A stretch of DNA of 63,883 bases, the filler included, from Reticulomyxa filosa (Eukaryota; Protista; Foraminifera), in the NCBI GenBank assembly GCA_000512085.1. It is 18 parts of 18 records of this genome, joined end to end, with 100 filler letters (N's around TTAATTAATTAA, not from the genome) between each part and the next. Parts side by side here need not be neighbours in the genome. Positions count along the whole stretch, not along the records: positions 35,618 to 56,319 come from ASPP01013958.1; 17 more parts are not named here. The stretch is one strand, 5' to 3'. The translations under genes and the position numbers were made by a program. Positions 38,521 through 51,935 of the stretch are shown here, in pieces. The notes under the pieces are model-generated. The model saw nothing but the letters and a program-made list of their open reading frames with translations. It did no database searches and was not told the origin of the DNA. Each line of letters starts with the position of its first letter. Position 1 is the first letter of the stretch.

Positions 38521-40555
38521 ATGAGTTATCCGTCATTTTCGTCTGTGTCAATGATGATGCCGACAACACAAGAACAAGGATCAATGTATTCGATAAGGCC
38601 CACACCACGAAGCAGCCAACCAGGTTCGAAACGAACCCACGCGGACATGATTAAAACCGACGTAGCACCAACGCACCTCAAGTCAACGAGTATTCAAATG
38701 CTCACAAGACCACGAGGAGAGAGAGACATGCTGGCCTCACCCTTGACTCCAATGCTTACAGGACCCCCGCTGAGTCAGGATTATGTTAATGCGAGCACGA
38801 AGAGCAATATGTTTGGCCAGGAATCCGGGGCCATTTGGCCCGCCTTCCAAAATCAAAGGTTTCGCTTTTTCATTGTTTTTTAATCGAAAACAGCTGTTGT
38901 TTTGATGATTTATTTTGCATGGTGTATATGTATATATGTGTATATAAGTTGTGCGTATACGTATGCTTGCTGTATTTTTTATAGTAACCAGGGAGAGCTG
39001 TTTAGTAATACCAAAGACTGCATGATGCAGGGAAATTTCTTCCGTGCTTGCCAAATATTTCATCGAGATTTCGATAGTTTAAGTTATGGAGAAAAGCCAC
39101 AAGTGCCAGAGAGTTATTTATTGGACGCCTATCTCGACTACATTACAGCGCTGATAGGACATGGCAGTCCACACGTGGCGTTGGAAATATCTAACAAGCT
39201 TATTTCAGAAGCGAGCGACAAATGCAGACAATACAGACAAGAAGTTGTTTTTTTTTTTAACTTAACACCAAAAAATAGAGTGATAATTTTTGGGGGGGGG
39301 GGCGAATGGTGAAAAAGGCATATTATTTCCAAGGTCTCATCTATGAGATGCGAAACGACAAGGATAGCGCATTCAAGTGTTACCGAATGGCGGCTTCACT
39401 GGCAATGGATTCCTTTCGTGAGGGAGTAATGAAAAAAATAGAAAATACGAATAAACAAGACTTGAAAGAAGGTAACGATATCGCTCTGTCGACAATAACA
39501 AATTTGCCAAGTAGCAACGAGTCCGAAAATTCGACCAATGCAGTGCGCTCGACCGAATTGGATGTTAATCTCGACAACATGCCTGAAGACAAACAAAGCG
39601 AATATGATCTAATGGATCAACCAGGACTTTATCCGAGCATAAGTGATGTGCATCGCAACAATAGTCAGATGTCGTCCAACAATCCATTTTTCAGCTCAGT
39701 TGTTTCTGACCCCAGTTATGCATCAACACAAAATTATGTTCTAAGTCCGACTTGAAGAGACACAAATATGTCATTTTTACACACACATTCAATATATGTA
39801 GATATAAATGTTGTCGATAATGGCATATTTGGCCCTAGTATCTCTTCTCTTGTATCGATTACGGACCAGCGTTGCCGAGATGTTCGTGACAATGCAGATG
39901 AGGTCTTGCGAAATTTTGGTGAAAACGACAGCCTTAAACTCAGTGAAACGCCAGAGAGAGCTCTCGCAGAATGTCAAGAAATGGACGAATGTTTAACATT
40001 GGTAAATCTGAAAGATCGATTGGGCTCGGTGATGGAAAAAAATGAAGTAATTCTTGGAGACATTGCTAACATCGACGTGAAAAACATTTGGGTGTCAGAC
40101 TCAAATCTGATGAAAACGAACAATTTAATCGAATTAAGAACCTCAATCTTATGGCTCGCGATTTCGCTGACAACTTGAAGAACGATATTGATGGAAATTT
40201 TAACAGTATTACAGGATTTTATGAACTCGCCAAAATTTGCAGAGTCGAAAAATATGCAAAAACTTTGGAAAAATGTGTAAGTATACACTGTTTTTTTTTC
40301 TCTTCTCCAAAAATTCAAATTTCAATAACGTTTTCTTTTTGATGAAAAAAGGGGCAATTTAGTTTTTTACAAAATCGATTGATGGAGATATTCAGTTCGC
40401 CTGCTGATGACATAGACACTTTAATTGACAAATTTATTGAATCTTTGGGAATTTTCCTCTACGGTCCCAAGTCTCGTTTGCGTTATGGCTTGTACTTTTA
40501 TGGAAAAAAATTAAAGCATCTCAAAATAATGCAAAGTAACCAACATTTAATCTAG
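38521..40555 (+). CDS. Multi-exon protein with TPR-like repeats and a C-terminal SAM-like domain; apparent frameshift near 40110
   Basis: TPR-like 'AYYFQGLIYEMRNDKDSAFKCYRMAASL'; SAM-like 'FYELAKICRVEKYAKTLEK...IESLGIFLYGPKSRLRYGL'; introns at about 38859-38983, 39244-39317 and 40277-40351. Confidence 0.6.
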
Positions 40556-41363
40556 GTGCATTTTTAATCAAACACCAAATAACTTACCCTTATATGTTGC
40601 GAAAGTTTCTTCGCATACTTAAGTATTTTTGAATTTCCAAATTTGGGAAGGAGGTTCTGTCGGTTTTGTTTCATGTTTCTAGTTGAGATATGAAATAGTT
40701 ACAAAACTTGGTATGGTTGGCGGTGATTGCTTGTTTTGTTGCGTGTTTAGCACCGAAAACAAAGTAAAGTATTGAAAGGGATAAAATTACGTTTCAACAA
40801 TGTGACAATAAGTTTAAAATTACTTATTGTTTCTTGAGTTCTCTTCAGAAAATTTTTCTTTAAGCATTGCAATTTTGAGTTGTTTTCACGATTTGAGCGA
40901 AATAAATATAAACTAACATTAGAGACCAAACTTCTCCTCAAATAAATTGTGGAGCATATCTTTAGAAAAAACGATTTAAAGTTCAATCTTGAAGAAATCT
41001 CAATGTTAATGGAGGGCTTATATGAGATTTCAACTTGTGCTTGATGTGAATGATTTTGATTGTCAAAAAGAAATAGAATTTTGTTGATTTAATTTGACTT
41101 TCTAACCAGTAATACTTGCGGGCAATAAAGATTATTGCAGCTTTGTTGAACAACAAACTTAGATGAGGTAGTTACCCGCGAAATCACGGCAACACCCTCA
41201 AAAACAGAATTCAACCATCAAAATCTTAAGTTGCTCGCCATGCGCAGACACAAAACACATGTTGCGAATTTCTGAGTTGGCACGGGACACACAAAGGTTA
41301 TGAACCACAACATTTTGTTTTGCCTGTTCGATTTGTTTTGTTTTCGTTTCCATTTGTTGCACT

Positions 41364-44300
41364 TCAAATTACTCTTCTCAACGATTGCATATGACCGAAT
41401 CTCTTAGAGTCTATGGAAAAAACATCCTCAGAAGAAGCAACAAAAAGAGGTGATCATTTTAAAGTTCATTTGTCTAAATAAAAAAAAATTGTACAAAACA
41501 AAACCCACCTATGATACGGGGGTCCCACTCCGGCACTCTATGCTTGTGTCCACATCCAGTGATGTCAATTTTGAACCAGTCATCTTTGTTTTTATCATCT
41601 ATTTTGTTTCCAGTTGCGTTCCTATCGTTTCGTTCATTGCCCATAAAAAAATTAGATTCAATTGACATTGGTGAACTAAGAGTATTATTCTTCCTTGATG
41701 TCGTTCCAATATCATAGCTATTATCGAAACGAGGAGATAACAAAGAAGAATCATTTGTAAACGTTAGTCTGCGAATATTATGAGTGCCAAGAGTATAGTC
41801 ATTCCTTTGGTAGTCCAATGGTCGTTGCTGGTTGCTATCGGGAAATGAAAAAGCTTTATCTTCATTGAGGCGTTGAGAAGAATCATTAAATTTTTGTACC
41901 AATTTTTTAGGCAAAACGTTTTGGAGAAAGATTTTGTTCAATTCGTGGATCCCACTTTCGTTAATGTTTGTGTTGTTTTGTAAATAAATTTCACACAAAT
42001 TACAATCTTCAAAATACTTTTCAAAAAAATGTAATATGGATTTGCAGGTTTGATTGGAAATATTTGTGTGCGACAATCGAAGCACTTGTAAATTTTTGCA
42101 TATTTCTCCAATTGCTGTAAATAATATTGTCATGCATTCGTCATTGATATCTTTATTCCAATGCAAATGCAATTCTCCCAAATTCGACACAAATGAATTG
42201 TTTCCAAATGATTCAATCCCATTGATCAGTTTTGTATTCATTGCACTACAAGATTGATTTGTGTTTTTTTGCTCTCCTCCATCTCTGTCATCATCACTAT
42301 CCTCTTTTTTTTCTTCATCTCTGGCACATGCATGCGGAAACAAGATACTGCTGGATGCATCCTCACTTTGCTGACGTTGTTGGATTGAGCTGTTTTCTGC
42401 TTTGTTCAATATTGTTATAGTTGTGCCTTTATCCTCATCGCTCGAAATACAATCTCTATCCAACTCCAATTTCAATGTCCACTGCTCATCTTTTTCTTTG
42501 GCTTCTGGCTCTATTTCTTCCGTATCCAACTCCATATCGGATGTCTCATTGTCATCTTTTTTTTCCCCCCCTCCTCCTTGGTTTAAAGGTATTTTGAAAG
42601 AAAATTAATGTTAAAGTAAACACAATGATTCAGACATTCAGACTCCTTAAAAAACACACAAACCCGAAAAAAAATCGCACGAAGTGGATTTGAACAGCAA
42701 AACATCGTTGAAACAAGACGGAAACTCGTGTTCAACAAGATAACATTGATTTGAATGAGAATTGTCTCGACTCCGTACTGCCCCAAGTTCATCTAAATCT
42801 CTATAAAATCAGACCAGACTCGTTTTTTTTTTCCTCTTCTTCATTTTTTGTAACAGACTTAATGTCACTCCATTCTGTTCCGTCCCTCCGTTCAGGATAA
42901 GGAGTACGTGATAGAAACAAAAAAAAAAAAAAAACAAAACTCGGAAAACAATGTAATGGACAATTTCTCAGACAATCCAAATGGCACCACTGACGAAGAG
43001 CCATTTTGTTCAAACCCTTGATTTCCTTGCATTGTGCCAAGTGGAGCCATTCCAAGCAGTTTAGTTTTGGACTCGGCGGACGAAAAGAGCACACTTCTGA
43101 AACAATCGCTATCGCAAGGCAGGTCTGCTTTTAAGCCCTTTACGATCGAGCAAGTGCTTTGCAAGCCATGCCGCTGTCGTATGCCATTAGCCATCAAGCC
43201 CTTGGTAGTACACTTGTTGAAACCATTTGTGGTTGTTGGACCCCTTTCATTTGATGTACAGGAAAGATCTATCCTCCCACCCAACACGTAGTCATAAATA
43301 CAATATACTTTGCATGTTGCATTGAACTAAGCAAGCAAACAAAGTCAGAGTCATTTGATCATATGTAGAAGTGATGTTTATTTACAAGTGCTATTTGATG
43401 GTGTTGGTGTTGATGCAACAGATCCGATTGTCGGGGTTGAACGTGGACTGTTGTGAACATCGTCAACAATCTCCCATTCTGTCCCTTGCCAATCTTGAGA
43501 ATATAAAGTTGTCAGTGACGTCTTGATTTTTCCACCCTCTAACGTGTGTTCTTTGTTCTCGCTGAATGTATTGTTCTGATCTAATCCACCATTTTTTTTT
43601 TGTTATTGTCGTTGGATAAAACAACAAACAAATGCGAGCCATATTTATCCAAAAAAAAAAAAACAAGTCCTCTTTACCTGTTGTACGTTCGGCAATATGC
43701 CATGTTGACTCTGACATTTGTGCACATATCTGTTTGTCGTTACGGCAAGAATTCGACCTCGATAGTACCGGTATACTTGGTAGCGACGAGGTGAAAGCGT
43801 CCATGGCTTGATTCCCAACCACGTGTGTAGACTACGAATAATGAAAGACACGTCCATTATTAAGTTTTTTAAAAAAAATAGTAATAAGATAAAGAACATG
43901 CACACACACGCATACGCATACGCACCAAAGTTCTGGCAGTTTCATCTTCCGAAGTATTTTGAATCGGTTCGGCAATATGAAACTTGTGAGTACAATCGAA
44001 GGAAGACTTTCGTTGCAACAAGGCCACAGCAATGCGATGAACATGGTTGTTTTGTAAGTTATTGAGTGACAAGTCTAAAACTCGCAGCGGCGACAGCGTA
44101 TGTGAAAAGCGTAAGAAATAGCACACAAACAGTAACAAAGACGTCTGAGCATCGCTGTTATGACTCATTTGAGTCCCAGCATTGCCATGCAAACTCAGCC
44201 GTTGTGTGTCTTGCAATTGTCTAATAAATTGCGTCCACATGTCCTCAAAACTGGTCAAATGTCCTTTGTCGTTACTACTTTCTTGTTGGCGTTTCCATTT

Positions 44301-44939
44301 TTCTTTTAATGATTCCATCAGACTGGAATGCAATGCTATTGCTTGAAATGCCGTCAGAATTTGATATTGATAGATCAAAAAATACAGTAATTGCACTCGA
44401 AGCAAATTCTGTGCGACTTTTTTAAAATTTTTTTTTTTTTTTTTCTAGTTCTCATACACCCCCCCCTTTTTTTTGCCTCCCCTGCTCCTTCTCCTTTTAC
44501 GGTGTTATTCCAATTTCCAACAGAGAAACCTCTATGACAAATGTTCTTAACTTTCTTTCCCCTTTTGCTGTGTTTGATTTTTAAAGTGGGTAAAATTTCC
44601 TCGAGATAAGTCCAGAACTGTGTGTTGATAATGTGAATTGTATGAATAATATTTACTCAAACAATCCAACCAGTAATAAAAATCTGTATTCGGATTGAAA
44701 ATGTATCGAGTATTGTATGTATTTGCGGTGTTTTGTCGTGATTTGTTGTGGAGGGATGATTTGTGATTTTGATCGCGGTGATATTTTCCATTGGGTGAAA
44801 AGAGGTGATAAAATAAACGTGATATTGCACACTGCCGAAACCTTTCCGAAGGTAACAAAAAATGACCTAAAATATATTGCAATAAATCTGGACTGAACGC
44901 GTCTAGACTATTTAGACTTGAGGTTGGGTTCTCTGACAT
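41364..44939 (-). CDS. F-box / leucine-rich-repeat (RNI-like) protein, multi-exon
   Basis: N-terminal F-box 'LDAFSPDLLQYILGHFLLPSERFRQCAISRLF'; LRRs 'LRVLDLSLNNL', 'LEWLHLAQC', 'LGELHLHWNKDINDEC', 'LQVLRLSHTNISNQTC', 'LCEIYLQNN' across successive minus-strand ORFs. Confidence 0.8.
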
Positions 44940-45911
44940 TCTAAATTATTGCAAATTCTTAATAAAAACGAGAGGAGAGACCTCTTTTGTAATTTTTAAA
45001 AAAACCCTTTTTTTGAAATATAGCCTTCCCTTTTTCTTAAATGGACTGTAATGTGTAATTGTTTACGTAATAACATCCTTGGAAGTATAAACAAAATAAT
45101 TACGTGGAGTTATCAGAAAGTGTGTTGCGATCACCTCCTGATTTGTGTTGGGCGCACTTAATTAATTAGTATTTGCATTACTATATTAAGACAATTGTCT
45201 TATATTATTTTCCTAAGTATTGATTGTTTACTACATTTTTTAGAAAAAAGCTGGACCAGGTGTCACTAATCCCCAAAACTGAAGGTATTACAAATCCCAA
45301 CATAATGTATTAAGTGGCTAATGAATAGTGTTTTTAGTGTCAAACCGAGCGTTGGACAACGAGTAACAGTGTCAGAGAATACTTTGAGATTTAAATACGT
45401 AATATGAAAAAAGTTCTACTAAATTGATTGTGAAAAGCGCTGATAATAACTGAATTCAAAGAAAAAGAGACAGCTTAAAAAAAGACTTTTTTTAAGCATT
45501 CCCCTTCTTGACAGCCGAACATTTTGGAAAAACTGCTGATATGTGAATATACAACTTCCAATAGTGCATTTTGGAAATTTTTGAGATATTGCCTCGAAAT
45601 TCAATCGCAGTGATGAATCTGAGTATGATTTTAAAAAAGAATTGGGTTTTAAAGATTTAAAAGTAGTACTTTTGACAACAAGTTCTTCAAAAACAAAAAT
45701 ACCATTCGAATTCCAAACCAAAAGAAAAAAATCCCTACAAATAAAACGGAGCCTCAAATACAACTAACAAGCGCAAACAACTCTAAAAATAAAAGAAAAA
45801 AACTACATCAAACAACCATTATGCTTGATTTTATACTAATCTAAATCGAATTATACGCAACAAAAAAAATTGATTTGACATATATTCTTTTTTTATAAAA
45901 AAAGGTTAGGG

Positions 45912-47468
45912 TCACGTCGAAACTTCTGTGATACCATTGACAGGAGAGATAGGAGGAAAAGGATCATAATTGCCATCATCTAAACTTTTAGCGCTAATAG
46001 CGAAAGGAGAAGTGACATTGTTGTCTTCGTTGTCGTCAATGTGTGCGTTTGCGTTATTCTCTATTGCGGCCGCATTGCTCACAAAATCGGTCTTAAGGTT
46101 GGCATCAGTAATTATTTTGGTAATATCTTTGTGAAATTCTTCATAAAATCTCCAAAATTCTTGAAAGGTTTGTATCAACTCTGTGTTTTTTTTCTCTTCC
46201 ATTTTCTGGATTGCCTCCTAGTGTAACGATAATTTGTTTTCATTACAATTTGGTCATATCAATAGTAAAAAAATGGCTTTTTTTTCCCTCTCTTTGTCCT
46301 CCTTAAATGTACAAAACTTTCAAATATTTTCGTGATATCATTAGCGCTTCCTCAGATTCCGACTTTTTCATCGAAGCATGATTAATTTTATCAAGTTTGG
46401 GATGTTCTTTGCCCTGCAAGTCCAAATACGTGTGAACAGCGACATCGTATTGTGCTGAACAAAAAAAAAAAACAAAAATTAATGTCCGTCCGAAACTATA
46501 AATCAAATTTTTTTATATATTCTTGTCCTTCTTTGTCTCTCATTGCATTAGATACATATAACATTTACCCTATAGCAAACCTTTGACTTGCTTATATTCT
46601 AGTTTCAACTCTTGGCATTTTTCGATATCATATTCCAAAAAATTTTCTACTGCTTCCAAAATCTTTTCTCGGAATATCTCTAATTCACCTTGTTTTGCTT
46701 TCTGTCAATACAAAATAAAGAGAAATAATCTTAATGCCACGAGTACAAAAAAAAAAAAAAAAATGAACCCCAAAATCCTACACCCTTTTTTTTTATAAAG
46801 AAAAAAAAGTTAGTAAGACTTGCAAATTACAATCAATAGTTCCCATGTCACTGACGAAATTTCGAAATTCATTTTTTGACTGAAGACCAATATCTCGAAC
46901 TGTTATTGCATACTCTCTTTCTACTTCGAGATGTTCTTTTTTTTTGTTGTTTGTTTTGTTTGCCGTAATTTTTTTTTGCAAGATAGAGAGAGGCGGAAGT
47001 GCAGGAGACATAAAAAAATAATACATAAAAAAACTTGGACCTGCCAAAGAATCATAAAATTTACGGGCAATTTTGACAAATTTGATTATTTCTCTTTTTG
47101 TTGTTTTCAACGTCTATAAGTTAGATGTTACAAAAATACATTCGGGCGTGACGTACTTTACTTTTTTAACACACAAAAAAGTCAACTTCAAGCGCGGTGG
47201 CTATGCTTGGTTCTTCTTCAATGTATGCAGCATTAGAAAGGCGATGCATAGCAGACACTTTTGTGTTTACAACTACCTTTGATATGGAACGACGCAAACG
47301 AGAACCAAAAGCAGCGCTCTGTGATTTGTTTGCCACAAAACTTGTTTCGTTTACGTTGAAAAAAAGCTGACTGGACGATACATTCGTCATTATTTGCTGA
47401 ATTTTAGTCGGTCTTTGTGGAATATGCTGGCTTTCGCTTGGAATTTCTTTGCTCTCTTCCTTGCTCAT
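45912..47468 (-). CDS. BAR-domain (coiled-coil) protein, multi-exon
   Basis: Spliced product is a long helical domain: 'EIFREKILEAVENFLEYDIEKCQELKLEYKQVK|AQYDVAV', 'EEKKNTELIQTFQEFWRFYEEFH', resembling BAR helices 2-3. Confidence 0.65.
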
Positions 47469-48814
47469 GTGTAACGCTCGTAAAGTGTTTTTCTATTATA
47501 ATAATTCGAACTGAAGTTCGTTCACAATTCTTTTGTCAACTCTAGTATTTAATTACATTTGTTCGAAATTTTCACTGTGTCATAACAATATATCCATAAT
47601 TAAGAGCAGATATTTTTTCATTCTGTATTGCCTGGTTTTTTATCTTTAGAGCTCAATAATTTCTTAATGATATGGATGTAGCGGTGGAAGAATCACAGCT
47701 ACTGATAAAACATAAACAAAGTGTAATATGAAAGACTTTGCTATCTTGATCAATTTTTCGACGAAGGTAAAATGACTAAAAAAAAAGAAATGAAAAAATG
47801 GCGAACAACAGCACAGATGAAGAACGAGTAGAAAAGTTGAGAGTAAGTATGTTTTGGAATAAAAATGGTTCCACGTTCTCTTAAATCATGCCAATAACAA
47901 GTAGGGCGTTGCCCTACACAGCAAAAAAAGTTGTACTACGAACAACTATTATTTTTATAGGTTTAGCACATTTTTTTTTCTTTTCGACGATGCAAACTAC
48001 TGAAAAAAGTATACAATGCAACATATTCAATGTGCTTTAGATGCTGGCCCTTTCAAAAGCAAAAATAGGGCAGGGAGAGTGAGTTACGACTGTGTACGAA
48101 AGGAACTTTGTTCCAAGAAACAAAATTTCAATAAAATGGAATTAATTAAATGAAAATAACTCATAAAAGATAAAGAATACAACGAAAACAAAAAAAATGT
48201 TGCTATGAAAGTTTAATCCACTGACCCCAAGGTTCCTTAAGTGTTATAACAGGGACCTACCCTACAACACCTAAAACGAGCATGTTACAACAATAATCTA
48301 AAATATTTCTAGTATTTTTGATATGTCGCTGTGACAAAAAACAATTCCATTAAAAAGGATAAAAAAATTAGCAGAATGACAAACACATTCTCCCACTCTG
48401 CAAGAATTAACATTTTTGGAAAGCAAAGCATTGCACGCATTTTTTTATTTTCAATTTTTGCAATTAAGAAAAAGTTATGAAAGAAAATTTCACTAAAAGT
48501 TAAGCTTTAAATCCCTTTAAGATTTGTAGTGCATTTAAAAGTGTAGTGTCATTTTATACTTTTTTTATGTTGAAAGAAGACGTGTTTGGGAAAACTCAGT
48601 CCGTGAACGCAGGTTTTTTTCTTTCTTTCGTTTTCCCTTAAACAACTTGTGTTCATATTTGATCGTTTCTCTGTTATTAGTATTAATTTACGAAAAAGAA
48701 GTTGTGTTTACTTTTTATATCTTTCCTGGGCTTGGGGAAAAAAAAGAAATGTTGAAAGGTTCTTTCAACCAAGAAATTGTATACGTAGATAGTTTTTTTT
48801 TAATATAATAGAAA

Positions 48815-49441
48815 ATGTTGAACAACGCGGCAGCAGCAAAATACTCAACCTTTGATGCAGTGACAAAACCAGCAGCAAACAAAAGAAAATGGTGGTTTGG
48901 AATTGCTGCCATAGTTTTGTTGGCATTAGTCGCAGGTGCGATGTACTGGAACATGTCGCAACCGGCGTCAATGGTTCATGTCAAATCCGAATTACAAGAG
49001 AATGCGTTCTTTAAAGCCAAGTATGTCGACATGAAGACAAAAGCAGAAGAAGTAGCCGGTGTACAACAAGTCGACGAAAACGCTATTCCAACTCTGAAAA
49101 AGCCAAAATCTGGAAGCACTGAAAGCCCTCAAAAAGTGGAAGCTAAAGATACCGTTTCTGACGTTGTGGAAGTTGTGGAAACTGTGAAGGAAGTTGCTGA
49201 AACAGTGGTTGAAGTTATTAACACCGCTCAACAAGTTGCTACCGCTGTTCAAGATGTGGCTGAAGGTATTCAAGTTGTGGCATCAGGACAAACTCCAGGA
49301 GTTGCTGATGTTGTGAAAACTGTTGAAACAGTTAAAGAGGTCGCTGACACCGTTCAATCGGTCATTGCAACAGCCACACAAGTCGCTGAAACCGTGGAAC
49401 AAGTTGAACAAACTGTGGAGGATCTTTCAGACGGAAACTAA
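48815..49441 (+). CDS. Type II membrane protein with a duplicated Val/Thr/Glu-rich amphipathic repeat
   Basis: Intronless 208-aa ORF; basic 'KRK' then TM 'WWFGIAAIVLLALVAGAMYW'; two roughly 40-aa Val-heptad repeats. Confidence 0.85.
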   Translation: MLNNAAAAKYSTFDAVTKPAANKRKWWFGIAAIVLLALVAGAMYWNMSQPASMVHVKSELQENAFFKAKYVDMKTKAEEVAGVQQVDENAIPTLKKPKSGSTESPQKVEAKDTVSDVVEVVETVKEVAETVVEVINTAQQVATAVQDVAEGIQVVASGQTPGVADVVKTVETVKEVADTVQSVIATATQVAETVEQVEQTVEDLSDGN

Positions 49442-49897
49442 GTTAAACTTTTTTGGTTTAGATTTACAAGTTTGGAAAATTACTATTTCGTGTTGTTAAT
49501 ACCTAAAGTAAATAGGCCTTACCTTAACTTTTTTTAAACTGGTAGACAATACCCACCCTTTTTTTTTGTAAATTTCGTTTCACTAATTTTTTTGCACGGG
49601 ACAAATTTGGAACAGAAAATGATTTTTTCGATAAGGGTCTTTCAAAGAAATTGGCCCTGTTTAGCACTAACTTGCTTAAATAAACGGGTGTTATAATAAA
49701 ATGGACAAGTGATTTGATTGACTCAAAGAAATGGGTAGTATCCATTTAGTGAGCCATACAACTGCAGTTGTGGTTGGGTTGAAAATAATGCTCAACAAAA
49801 ATTAGAATTTTTTTTGGGTAAGTGGTGGACAATCTTATCCTTTGGCTGAAAGCTGAACAAGGACAGATAAAAGTTGTAAGCCAAAAAGAAAGGATAT

Positions 49898-51009
49898 CTA
49901 CATTTTGGATCGCAACTGAGGCTTAATGTCATCTGAATTCAATTCCAGTTTGAATGAACTGTTTTTGTCCAGGTTGAGATCTTGTCCAGAATCTCTAAAT
50001 TTGATTGCATTTTTGAATCCTTGCTGTTGTGCAAACTTTGCAAACATGATTCCTTCAGGAGTATGTCGACTGGCACCATCCAAGATACTTGCCAGGGATT
50101 GTACATTATCAATTCCGCCATACATTGCATTGCAAATGTTGTTAATAACCAATTTGTTAAAAAACAATTGATTTGAAGGGACACTGGATATTCTTTTCGC
50201 AACTCTGTATTATTTTTATGTTGTTTATTATTTATTTTCGAGTTCCAGCAACATCAAATAAATCAACCGAATAGTCCAAACTTGAATACAAAATCTTTCA
50301 GTTCTGTTTCATTTGGCAGCGCTTTGGCGATCAAACCCATTTGCTCTGCGGTTGAACCGTCAATCAAATCTCCAGTAAATAGCAAGTATTTTGCTTTTTG
50401 TGGTCCCAAATGCAAAGTCCACATAGCAGTCGTAGGTACACCCCACAAACGGACTGGTGGATATCCAATTTTGGCATCTTTGGTCATAAAGATCAAATCA
50501 CAACACAAGGCAATGTCGGTTCCTCCACCAATGCAACCCCCATGAACACACGCAATTGTTGGTTTGCGACTTTTAAACAGCGACATAAAGCAACTGGTGA
50601 ACCCTTCTGTTATTTCATTATTTCCCATGGCCGCGTAATCTTTGCTTGGATCCCAAGGCAGTTTTTGACTGCATGGGTTTTCTATTGAATTGTCGCTTTG
50701 TCTTGCTACTTCATTTGTAACCCCGGTTTTCAAGTCGTAGCCACTACAAAAATATTTGCCTTTTCCTTCAATTACGATTACTGAGATACCTTCATCAGCG
50801 TTTGCTAAAACCACTGCCTGTCTTTTTTTTTCTCACTCCAAGTTTTCTGTGTTGTGCCTTTCTCAACGCAAGAAAAAAGTTACTAACTTTATCTCTCTTC
50901 CCATGCCGAAAGTTATAGCATTATAATGTTCAGGACGATTTAATATAATGCGAGCCAAACGATGCTCATAACATTTTTGAAATTCGACGAAACTAAAAAC
51001 AGGATTCAT
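49898..51009 (-). CDS. Crotonase/enoyl-CoA hydratase family protein (bacterial-type subfamily), 2 introns, PTS1-like C-terminus
   Basis: 'IILNRPEHYNAI', 'FCSGYDL', 'KPTIACVHGGCIGGGTDIALCCD', 'AKIGYPP.R.WG.PTTAMW', 'DGASRHTPEG'; introns at about 50818-50883 and 50205-50281; ends SKM*. Confidence 0.92.
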
Positions 51010-51935
51010 CGGGTGCAAATTAGGACTTGTTCCAAGACTTTTTTAGACTCGGTCAGCCACTAAAACAAACTAATCAAACGTTTCTAGCACATCTTCGTGT
51101 AGCCACTACGGCATAATTCTTAAAGAGTTATAGAAAATTAAATATTCGCCAAGGAGATTTATCAATCTTATACTCTAAAGTTGTCATATTAAATAAAGCA
51201 GATCGTATTGGAAAAAAAATTTTTGCAATTTTTCAGAAATATTTGCATTTAAGAAATTATAGTATTTCATTAGATTATAATAAAAACGTTATTAAAATAA
51301 TTTAAAAAATTTGCAACGAGACTGATTACCTTTCGATTTTTGATTAATACAAGGAAGTATCTGGAAAAGGTGTTCGACTTTGTGGGAGTTATCGTCTAAA
51401 ATGAAAAGTGAGAATTTCTGGCGAAAACAAATATTGCTACGATATAAAATGCTTGTAGAAATTATATCAGCACTAAGTAGATATCACAATTAGTAATTAG
51501 GATCGGATAAGATCTGCCATATCTCCTTATTTTTAATGGATAGTGTGTAAATCGAATCATAAATTAAAGTATTGCACAAACATCTATATAATAAATAAAT
51601 ATCTTGGAAGTTTTATCAAACTTTGAAATTAAATTTGTTTTCAATTCAATGAAAAATTTATTGAGTTTGAAATAAAATGAGAATATAACCCACAAACGCT
51701 GACTTCCACACAAGAAAATTCAGGATTTTAAAAAGAGATGAAGCAAAAGATACAACGGATGTAAAAAAACAAAAGAGCTTTAGAATCTGTGGAAGTAATT
51801 GGATTATTTTGAAGAGTTGTTGTAGCGAGAATTTCAAAACCTGAAAGGAAAAAAGTAAAATTCTTGACTTCATTCCTTATCCAAAACCAATGTACCCCAT
51901 AGAAATGTACGAAAAATCGCTAAATAACACAAGCT

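Noticed and set aside
47850-48300. GC-richer intergenic patches as a possible tRNA or ncRNA
   Set aside because: No cloverleaf, A/B boxes or recognisable snRNA motif seen by eye
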